Shown here: piece by piece, positions 18,569 to 25,979 of the stretch
Numbering within the stretch: the first letter of the stretch is position 1
How the letters are laid out: each line of letters starts with the position of its first letter
Origin: Chitinophagaceae bacterium
GTDB lineage: Bacteria > Bacteroidota > Bacteroidia > NS11-12g > UBA955
DNA: 25,979 nucleotides
NCBI GenBank assembly: GCA_046074245.1
Contig: JBJTNS010000329.1
Span: 1 to 25,979 of the forward strand
Direction of reading: 5' to 3'
Notes under the pieces: generated by a model
Told to the model about the DNA's origin: nothing
Seen by the model: the letters and a program-made list of their open reading frames with translations, nothing else
Database searches by the model: none
Translations under genes and position numbers: made by a program

Positions 18569-21250
18569 ATGGATTCAGGTGACAGATTATATGGTGAAAA
18601 GTTTATCAAAGAGCTCACTGACAATGTTCAGGGTATTTTCTTTCGCGGTTTTTTTGATAAACAATATACCACACTCAGAATAGATGGTTCTTGTTTTGAA
18701 TTAAGCGGGTATACTAAAGAGGAATTTATTTCAGGAAAAGATATCACCTATCTGGACATCATACATCCTGAAGACAGAAAATGGCTGCGCACTAAGCGAC
18801 AGGATCAGATAGACAGCAGACTGCCTATTGTTAATGAATACAGAATTATAGGCAAACAGGGCCGCATTAAATGGGTGAAAGAAATTGTGAGTGCACAGTA
18901 TGATGAGGTGCACGAGAAGATGGTTCTGGAGGGTTTTGTTCAGGATATTACTCCGTATAAAACCAATGCCTTCATGTCGAATGCTTTTACTTCATTTCAG
19001 AATGCTGTCAACAATGGCTCTATTGTATCGATTACAGACAGAAAAGGCATTATCATCTTTGTGAACGAAAATTTCTGTAAAGTTTCAAAATATAGCCGTC
19101 AGGAACTGGTTGGAAAAGACCATAACGTGGTCAATTCAGGGTACCACTCTAAAGCTTTTTTTGCAGATTTATGGCAGACCTTATTAGCAGGTGATATTTG
19201 GCGTGGACAAATCAGAAATAAAGCTAAAGATGGTTCTTTTTACTGGGTGGATACTGTTATAACACCAGTGATGAATGATAGTGGCGAAGTTGATCAGTTT
19301 CTTTCAATCAGAAATTTAATTACTGATCAGAAAGAGAATGAATATGCTTTACTCGAAAGTGAAGCTCTGAACCGAAGTGTTCTGAAATCTCTGCAAACCA
19401 ATATTGCTATTTTAGACGAGACAGGTTTAATCGTTAAAGTGAACGAAAACTGGACAGATTTTTCGGTTATGAACGGACAGCCGAATTTATTTAGAACCAG
19501 TGTCGGTGCTAATTATTTAGAGGTTGTTCAGAAGGCCATTGATGAGGGTGATCCGTATGCTGCTATGATGAAAGATGGCATTCATAAAGTGTTGAATAAT
19601 GAACTTGACTTCTATGAGATGGAATATCCATGTCATGGACCAGATAAGGAAAGATGGTTTCTGGCACACGTTTCAAAATTTGAAAACGATATTAAACGCA
19701 TTATCATTAGCCATTTTGATATTTCTCACAGAAAGCATCAGGAGGAAGTATTGCGAAAAAGTGAATCGCGACTCATGCAGGCTCAAAGGATTGCCAAATT
19801 AGGTAACTGGGAGCTGGATTTGCAGACAAACGCTTTGTACTGGTCGGATGAGAATTTTGATATCTACGAACTTGATAAAGATAAAGTAACTGCTAATTAT
19901 GAAGTGATGCTTAGCAGATTGCATCCAGACGACCGCCCGGAGCTGGGATTAACCTATAGAAGAGCACTGGAATCAAGAGAAAAATTTGAACATACCCATC
20001 GTTTACTTTTCGACAATGGAAAGATTAAATACGTCACTCAGCAATGCGAATTTGAGTGTGATGAACAGGGTAAGCCGATACGTGCATTCGGAACAACTCA
20101 GGATATCACCAGTCAGAAACTCGTTGATCAGGCCCTTGAAAAGGAAAGATTGCGGTATAAGCATGTTGTAGAAAATATTAGTGATGGTTTGATTATTGAT
20201 AATATTGAAGGAAAAGTAACATTTGCGAATCAGCAATTCCTTGATATGATAGGTATTGAAGAATCGGATCTGGACAATTTTGTTTTTGTTGATTATGTGT
20301 CACCCGAATTTAAGGATGTCATTACAGACAGGCATACCCGAAGGATGAAAGGTGAAGCTGTCAGCACTATTTTTCAGTATGCAGGTGTTCGAAAAGATGG
20401 CACTAAGCGCTGGTTTGAAGCACGTGTTACCAAGATCATGGAGAATGGCAAAATTGCAGGAACCCAGTCGGCGATCAGAGATATTACTGAAGAGAAAGCG
20501 AGTATCGATTTATTAAAAGCATCTGAAGCAGAAAAGACCAAACTGCTGAACGAACTTACCAAGCGGTATAATGAATTAATGCAGTTTAACTATATTGTTT
20601 CTCACAATCTGAGGGCACCTATTGCTAATTTACTCGGACTGGCAGAAGTGTTTGAAATGCCCGCACTGGATGATGCGGAAAAATTAAAAATCATTGGACA
20701 TATCCGTTATTCAATCGAAAAGATTGATGATTTAATTCAGGATCTCAATATCATTCTGGCTGCGCGCTCGGATATTAATTCTAAAAAAGAGTTAGTAGAC
20801 TTTGAAGAGATCATTCACAGTGTTAAACAGACCCTCGAAAAACAAATCAGCGAAACGAATACCCATATCAATTCTCACATTGAATACGGGGCACATAAAA
20901 TATTCAGTATAAAAAGCTACATCAAGAGTTCGATTTATAACCTTGTTAGCAATGCCATTAAGTACAGATCTCCTGAACGTGTTCCTATCATTGATATTTC
21001 GATATCAAGAGACGACGACTTCTACACCATAAAAGTAGCGGATAATGGCACTGGCATCGATCTTGAAAAATATGGCAAAGAAGTTTTCGGGCTGTATAAA
21101 AGATTTCATCTGACTGTAGAAGGTAAGGGACTGGGATTAAATATGACCAAAGCGCAGATTGAAGCCCTTGGTGGAAGCATTGATATTCTCAGTGCTCCCG
21201 ATAGAGGCACCACTTTCATCATAACAATTCCTGTTCAGCAGGGTGAATAA
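18569..21250 (+). CDS. Cytoplasmic multi-PAS (about 5) sensor histidine kinase
   Basis: Repeated PAS/PAC motifs (HPEDR, KDGSFYWV, HPDDR, KDGTKRWFE), H-box SHNLRAP, N-box NLVSNAIKY, G1 DNGTGI, G2 GKGLGL; no TM segment. Confidence 0.95.
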   Translation: MDSGDRLYGEKFIKELTDNVQGIFFRGFFDKQYTTLRIDGSCFELSGYTKEEFISGKDITYLDIIHPEDRKWLRTKRQDQIDSRLPIVNEYRIIGKQGRIKWVKEIVSAQYDEVHEKMVLEGFVQDITPYKTNAFMSNAFTSFQNAVNNGSIVSITDRKGIIIFVNENFCKVSKYSRQELVGKDHNVVNSGYHSKAFFADLWQTLLAGDIWRGQIRNKAKDGSFYWVDTVITPVMNDSGEVDQFLSIRNLITDQKENEYALLESEALNRSVLKSLQTNIAILDETGLIVKVNENWTDFSVMNGQPNLFRTSVGANYLEVVQKAIDEGDPYAAMMKDGIHKVLNNELDFYEMEYPCHGPDKERWFLAHVSKFENDIKRIIISHFDISHRKHQEEVLRKSESRLMQAQRIAKLGNWELDLQTNALYWSDENFDIYELDKDKVTANYEVMLSRLHPDDRPELGLTYRRALESREKFEHTHRLLFDNGKIKYVTQQCEFECDEQGKPIRAFGTTQDITSQKLVDQALEKERLRYKHVVENISDGLIIDNIEGKVTFANQQFLDMIGIEESDLDNFVFVDYVSPEFKDVITDRHTRRMKGEAVSTIFQYAGVRKDGTKRWFEARVTKIMENGKIAGTQSAIRDITEEKASIDLLKASEAEKTKLLNELTKRYNELMQFNYIVSHNLRAPIANLLGLAEVFEMPALDDAEKLKIIGHIRYSIEKIDDLIQDLNIILAARSDINSKKELVDFEEIIHSVKQTLEKQISETNTHINSHIEYGAHKIFSIKSYIKSSIYNLVSNAIKYRSPERVPIIDISISRDDDFYTIKVADNGTGIDLEKYGKEVFGLYKRFHLTVEGKGLGLNMTKAQIEALGGSIDILSAPDRGTTFIITIPVQQGE

Positions 21251-21288
21251 ACATTGCTTATCTCTTGATTTATCTCGTAATTTGAGGG

Positions 21289-22869
21289 ATGAAATCGGCG
21301 GGATTTAAATCTGTGTTGTTCTTACTGGCAATGCTGGCGAAGTTTGCCTATGGCAATGATACTACCTTGTATGATGTTAAACATTACGACATTCATGTTA
21401 GTGTCAACATCGATTCGCAGAGCATCAGTGGCTACAATGTCATGCAGTGTCTCATGCTTAAATCCAGCAGTGTTTTATACTGTGATTTAGTGCCATCAAT
21501 GACTGTTTCTGGAGTTACCTGCAGGCAGGTGCCATTAAAGTTTATAAGGAAGCAGAATAAAGTAATAGTTACACTTGAGACACCAGCAAAGACTGGAGAA
21601 ATTATTCCTCTGAACATCCAGTTTAACGGTAAGCCAGAAGTAGCGATTTTAGCGCCATGGAAGGGAGGATTCGACTGGAAGAAAGATGCCAGAGGAAAAG
21701 ACTGGGTGGGACTGGCATGCGAGAGTAAAGGTGCATCCATCTGGTTGCCCTGCAAAGACGAATGGTCGGATGAAGCGGAATCGATGGATATGTATTTAAC
21801 GGTACCTCAATCTTTAATTGGCGTTTCAAACGGGCGTCTGAAAGAAGTTATTCAGACAGGTACTGAGACAACGTATCACTGGCAGGTTTTAAATCCTATT
21901 AACAATTACAATATCAGTATCAATATTGGCGATTATGTATTGATTTCAGATACTTTCAGAGGTTTGAATACACTGAGTCTGGATTATTATGTGTTAAGTT
22001 ATAACAAAGAAAAAGCGATCAGGCATTTTAAGGAAGTAGATACCATGCTAAGGGCATTCGAGCACTATTTCGGGGCTTATCCATTTCCTGAAGACGGTTA
22101 CAAACTGGTGGAGACACCCTACTGGGGTATGGAACATCAGAGCTGTGTAGCCTATGGCAACAAGTACCGTTACAATGAGTTTGGTTTTGATTTTATTATT
22201 GTTCACGAGAGCGGTCACGAATGGTTTGCGAATAGCATTACCGCTGCAGATCCTGCGGATTTATGGATACACGAGAGTTTTACCACTTATTCAGAAGCCT
22301 TATATGTTGAATACACTCAGGGTAAGGAAAAGGCGCTATCATATTTGTTGTCGCAGCGCGGAAAGGTAATGAATAAATATCCGATGCAGGGTCCGAAACA
22401 CCAGCACTACCACGGCTGGAAAGACAATGATATTTATTACAAAGGCAGCTGGGTTTTACAGACTCTGCGATACTCTGTTAATAACGACAGTTTGTGGTTT
22501 AACATGTTGCGGGAAATGGGTGCAAAATTCAGGCATCAGTTAATCAGCAGCGAGGAGATGGTGGAGTTTATTTGTAAACGATTACCGGGAATAAAAAGAC
22601 CAGTATTAGATCAGTATTTAAATTATAGTGATCTGCCATTTTTATATGTCAAGTTAATTCGCGGAAAAGGCACGCAGTGGCTGGAATACCGCTGGGCTGC
22701 GGATGTTAAAAATTTTAGTATGGACCTACCAGTACAAACCTCTAAAGGCACAGTTGTATTAAGGGCAGGCAAGAGCAAACGCAAGACAAAAGTGCCTGCA
22801 GATTTTACATTAAATGACATTTTAAAGTTGAAGGAGCATGCTTTGATCAATGTAGGTGTGCAGGAATGA
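21289..22869 (+). CDS. M1 family zinc aminopeptidase, exported
   Basis: Signal peptide, GAMEN-equivalent WGMEH, HESGH-x18-E zinc motif, IYYKG. Confidence 0.95.
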   Translation: MKSAGFKSVLFLLAMLAKFAYGNDTTLYDVKHYDIHVSVNIDSQSISGYNVMQCLMLKSSSVLYCDLVPSMTVSGVTCRQVPLKFIRKQNKVIVTLETPAKTGEIIPLNIQFNGKPEVAILAPWKGGFDWKKDARGKDWVGLACESKGASIWLPCKDEWSDEAESMDMYLTVPQSLIGVSNGRLKEVIQTGTETTYHWQVLNPINNYNISINIGDYVLISDTFRGLNTLSLDYYVLSYNKEKAIRHFKEVDTMLRAFEHYFGAYPFPEDGYKLVETPYWGMEHQSCVAYGNKYRYNEFGFDFIIVHESGHEWFANSITAADPADLWIHESFTTYSEALYVEYTQGKEKALSYLLSQRGKVMNKYPMQGPKHQHYHGWKDNDIYYKGSWVLQTLRYSVNNDSLWFNMLREMGAKFRHQLISSEEMVEFICKRLPGIKRPVLDQYLNYSDLPFLYVKLIRGKGTQWLEYRWAADVKNFSMDLPVQTSKGTVVLRAGKSKRKTKVPADFTLNDILKLKEHALINVGVQE

Positions 22870-22874
22870 GTCAT

Positions 22875-23068
22875 ATAGCAGAGCTCCCTTCGCTCGCACG
22901 CTACATGGTGATGTATAACCGTCGGACCCACGGTCCACGGTAATGGTCGGACCCACGGCTCCTGAGCCTGTCGAAGGGCGGCTGACGTATGATTATAGCC
23001 GTCGGACCTGCGGTCCACGGTTAAAGGAACATCTACGCCGAGGCTTCGATGGTCGAAGAAGGCCATCA
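22875..23068. repeat. Cluster of REP-like palindromic elements
   Basis: Bulged hairpin (A/G)CCGT-C-GGACC-NNN-GGTCC-ACGGT at 22914-22943 and 22994-23024; partial copy GTCGGACCCACGG at 22946-22958; CCCTTCG (22886)/CGAAGGG (22972); CTTCGA-TGG-TCGAAG at 23044-23058. Confidence 0.8.
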
Positions 23069-23079
23069 GGTAAGTAAAT

Positions 23080-23523
23080 ATGATTAATATGATTGGTGTG
23101 ATTTATATGAATCAAACGGATCCATTCGGGGATTAATAGGATTAGGGCGGATGAGCGGGGATTGTTGAATATGAACTCTGTTCAGGATGGATTTTTGTTG
23201 GATTCGCCTGCGGCGAGGATTGCTGGCGCAAGATTGGCCCTCCGGGAGGTGGTCGCAGATTTCGCAGATAATCTTTATGTATTTTATTTCACTAATCCAA
23301 CACGTGCGTCAATCATGCTCTGCATGTTCTTCGCACTGATTTCGCGGATATCGTCGCCAGAAAAATTCCGCTATTTTACAAACTATTCTAAAACAGAAAA
23401 ATGACGGCCTGCGATTCCAGAAGGCTGTATCCACAGTGTCTATCGACACCAAATGCATCGCTGATGTTTAAATTTTAATCACACCAATCATATACCACAT
23501 TAATCATTTAAATCACATAAATC
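23080..23523. repeat. 407-bp segment bounded by a perfect 17-bp inverted repeat set within 9-nt-periodic GATT/AATC arrays (MITE/REPIN-like)
   Basis: ATATGATTGGTGTGATT (23087-23103) and AATCACACCAATCATAT (23477-23493); GATT at 23082/23091/23100; AATC at 23477/23486 and 23502/23511/23520. Confidence 0.7.
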
Positions 23524-23528
23524 ATCTA

Positions 23529-23536
23529 TATATTTG
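23529..23536 (+). promoter_or_regulatory. -7 promoter box (TATATTTG), 4 nt before the SRPBCC ATG
   Basis: Perfect TAnnTTTG match. Confidence 0.7.
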
Positions 23537-23540
23537 CTAT

Positions 23541-23954
23541 ATGTCTATTAAAATTTCAATCAGTACCGAGGTAAAGGCCGATGCGACACTGGCATGGCAT
23601 TGTTTTACCGCACCAGAACATGTTGTAAAATGGAATTTTGCCTCCGATGACTGGCATTGTCCATCTGCCACAAACGATCTTAGAGTTGGTGGTCATTTTA
23701 GTTTTGCGATGGCCGCTAAGGATGGCAGTTATAGCTTTGATTTCGGTGGTGAATACACAGAAATTGTTATGCACGAACTTATCAAATACAAATTAGGTGA
23801 CGAGCGTGTTGTAGAAATACAATTTGCCCATTCTAATGGCATCACTACCATCACCGAAATTTTTGATACCGAAGACGAGAATTCAGCAGAAATGCAGCGC
23901 ACTGGCTGGCAGGCCATACTCAACAATTACAAGAAACACGTTGAGTCGCTTTAA
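23541..23954 (+). CDS. SRPBCC / AHSA1-like domain protein
   Basis: W..FT.PEHVVKWNFASDDWHCP....DLRVGG.F...M.AKDGS..FDFGG.Y...MQRTGWQAILNNYKKHVE. Confidence 0.9.
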   Translation: MSIKISISTEVKADATLAWHCFTAPEHVVKWNFASDDWHCPSATNDLRVGGHFSFAMAAKDGSYSFDFGGEYTEIVMHELIKYKLGDERVVEIQFAHSNGITTITEIFDTEDENSAEMQRTGWQAILNNYKKHVESL

Positions 23955-23967
23955 AGCAAAACAACAC

Positions 23968-25587
23968 TTATTCTTTGATGAACCTGATGGTATACACCTG
24001 ATGGGCAAGGGTGTATTGCAGACAATAGACTCCTGAACTCAATGTGCTTAGATTTCTGATCACAATAACACCGTCTTCTGCTAGAATAAGGTCTGAACTT
24101 ATTTCACAACCATCATTAGAATAAATGGTAACCTGAGAAAACCCGCTGACACCTTTACCGCAGTGGATATTGATAACATCGCTGACAGGATTGGGATAGA
24201 CTTCTATTTCATGTTTTTGTACTTCAGTCACAGTACTTTTTTGTTCCTGATACAGTCTTACATAATCAATTTCGAGAGTATCCTGAGTAAAGCTATTGCT
24301 GATATTACCCTGAATGGCGAAGTTCATTAAAATATATTGTTCTGCATCGAATGGCCAGGTACTGGCGTTGCGTTCAGAAGGCTGATAGGTGTAGTGGTTG
24401 ACAGAATCGACACTAAAGACCATTTTTTCTTCTGTCCATTCCAAAGCATAAACATGAAAAGCCGTTGAAGCAGTCGCTATTGTTTGTCCGCCCAGGTTAA
24501 CAGTTGCCCCAAAACTCGATGGTGTATGCATAGCACTCTGAACATAGTTTTGATTCTGTCCCCAGTGTTCCATCACATCTATTTCGCCGCAAGCAGGCCA
24601 GGGTGTGGTACCAAACCCTTTATTGTCCCAGTAGGCACCATTTTCATCTATATTTTTTCCGAGTAACCACAGAGCAGGCCAGGTACCTGCACCAGAAGGA
24701 AGTTTGGCTCTGAATTCGAGGCGACCATATTTAAAAGCCATTTTAGAATTCAGACGGGCAGAGGTATGAGTTTTAGTTATGCCCTGATCAGTAAAGTTTT
24801 CTTTTTTAGCGATGATATTAAGTACACCATTATGCTGCACGGTATTGGCGGTTCTGCTGGTATAGTGTTGTATTTCGCCATTGAACCCCGAGTTGCCATT
24901 GGGTCATAAAGTCTGGTGATACCACTTATTGGTATCCAGTGCACCATTGGAATCAAACTCATCAGACCATACTAAAGTATTAAAGCGAGAATTGGTATAT
25001 TTAGAAAAACTATAATTAAAGTCATCGATATAGGCTATAACTTTATCTGTATTATTTTCGCCATTAACCTGTAAGACAATTCTGTTAAAATCGGCTCTCT
25101 GAATGGGTGGGAGAGAGTTTCCATTCAGGTTGATATAATTATCTTTAGCGAAGTCGAAGCTAAGGGTTTGCCATTGATTGGCGATAATTGGTTTGATAAT
25201 TTCAGACTGTGTCGACCAGGGTTCTGGCAATTTGCCATCTTGTAATTTCAGAGATAGTTGTAAATTTTGCGAGCCAGTAAGACCGCTTGAAGGGACATAT
25301 ATTTTAAGGGTAAAAACAGAATTTTCAGACAAATTAAAGTTCCGCGACCAGTCGAATCTCACATTGGCATAGAGGCCACCGTTATCGGAGTAAAAAAGGA
25401 CTTTCGAAGAGGCATTCAAAGAATCAATGAATGGATTATTAAAGGATGTGTTTATGGCGCAATCATCGCCTTGCCAGGTGGTAATATTTCCTGTACCTTC
25501 AAAGTTATCGAACATTGACTGAGCGATTGTATCGACAGAGAGAACACTTATTAAAACGGACAAACAAAATATATTTCGCATAAACAT
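23968..25587 (-). pseudogene. GH16 glycoside hydrolase (laminarinase-like) with an N-terminal beta-sandwich and T9SS type A C-terminal domain, interrupted by one in-frame TGA at 24904-24906
   Basis: ORFs 24904..25587 and 23968..24840 are in the same frame and join as WSDEF...KWYHQTL*PNGNSGFNGEIQHYTSR...TSARL...WPALW...GEIDVMEH...DYVRLYQ...VYPNP. The joined product would be 539 aa. Confidence 0.85.
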
Positions 25588-25604
25588 AAATTAAGAGCTA
25601 CATA

Positions 25605-25612
25605 CAAAGATA
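25605..25612 (-). promoter_or_regulatory. -7 promoter box (TATCTTTG) for the GH16 gene
   Basis: Perfect TAnnTTTG, 17 nt before ATG 25587. Confidence 0.7.
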
Positions 25613-25658
25613 GGAGAATCCTGTGATTTAGGAAACACGAGCTGGGATTTCATTTCGT

Positions 25659-25979
25659 TTTTCCCGGTGCCGACAAATTGATTTGATAAAATTCCTTTAA
25701 TTTATTTTCCCGGCACCGCTGGGGCCGGGCTGGTCAGTCTTCCGTTTTCAATTTAACATTTTGCAGCATCGCTGATGCGTAAAGATTCGTTTACATTTGA
25801 AATTAATTAAAGAACCATCATTGTACAATAATCATGTTGCATCAGCGATGCTCGATGAACATTAATTGGAATTAGAAGATTTTTCAGGTCGGCCCCAGCG
25901 GCGCCGACAAATAGAATTGATAAAATTCCTTTAATTTATTTTCCCGGTGCTGCTGGGACCAAAAAATTGAAATGATAAA
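25659..25979. repeat. Composite REPIN-like repeat: two 58-nt direct repeats flanking a long imperfect inverted repeat; may continue beyond the window
   Basis: 25669-25726 vs 25903-25960 (52/58 identical, 31-nt identical core); inverted repeat 25712-25727/25890-25905 (15/16); inverted repeat AGCATCGCTGATGC 25765-25778/25839-25852. Confidence 0.85.

Noticed and set aside
22866-22943. 25-codon ORF (MSHIAELPSLARYMVMYNRRTHGPR) overlapping the peptidase stop as ATGA
   Set aside because: It is made almost entirely of palindromic repeat sequence and shows no protein features; it is most likely chance, though not excluded.
22914-23024. Possible mini-CRISPR (30-nt palindromic repeats 80 nt apart)
   Set aside because: There are only two full copies, the intervening sequence contains a partial repeat and other palindromes, and no cas genes are present.
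22623-23066. 147-aa minus-strand ORF
   Set aside because: It is antisense to the peptidase 3' end and runs through the repeat cluster; no recognisable motifs.
23162-23404. 80-aa + strand ORF inside the inverted-repeat-bounded element
   Set aside because: It has a TTG start, is built from hairpin and nonamer repeats, and shows no family similarity or transposase motifs.
24904-24906. Selenocysteine or genome-wide TGA=Trp recoding
   Set aside because: The position does not correspond to a Cys or Trp in GH16, no convincing SECIS hairpin follows, and TGA terminates other genes here (4044, 8370, 16657, 22869).
915-25372. Remaining short ORFs in the track (e.g. 915, 3061, 6142-7104, 7358-8252, 8505-9001, 9936, 10034, 12298-13607, 14105, 15361, 18155-20562, 21432-22369, 23556-24036, 24484, 24777, 25178)
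   Set aside because: All are nested in or antisense to well-supported genes and carry no recognisable motifs.

Overview
This is a mostly housekeeping window from a Bacteroidota genome, judged by TAnnTTTG -7 promoter boxes, a T9SS C-terminal sorting domain and a DUF1573-type protein. Genes in order: 5' part of a type III glutamine synthetase (-), a SoFic-like Fic protein with a degenerate active site, an MsbA-like ABC exporter, OsmC, a hypothetical envelope protein, waaA, ruvB, DUF1573 protein, HtrA/DegP protease, dapA, a conserved hypothetical, rnz, an SDR, an EamA transporter, yicC, an S41 protease, a metallophosphoesterase, a stand-alone receiver, a 5-PAS histidine kinase, an M1 aminopeptidase, an SRPBCC protein and a GH16 T9SS cargo gene. 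Main oddities: (1) the pseudo-Fic has lost the catalytic His but kept the inhibitory motif and winged-helix tail, and is divergent from GSIII. (2) The GH16 gene is interrupted by one in-frame TGA. (3) The conserved first helix of the EamA lies upstream of any ATG/GTG/TTG. (4) Three intergenic regions (9821-9911, 22870-23525, 25640-25979) are packed with REP/REPIN-like hairpins, 9-nt-periodic repeats and long inverted or direct repeats, with no transposase or cas gene in the window. Family assignments come from motif recognition and recalled consensus sequences; no searches were run.
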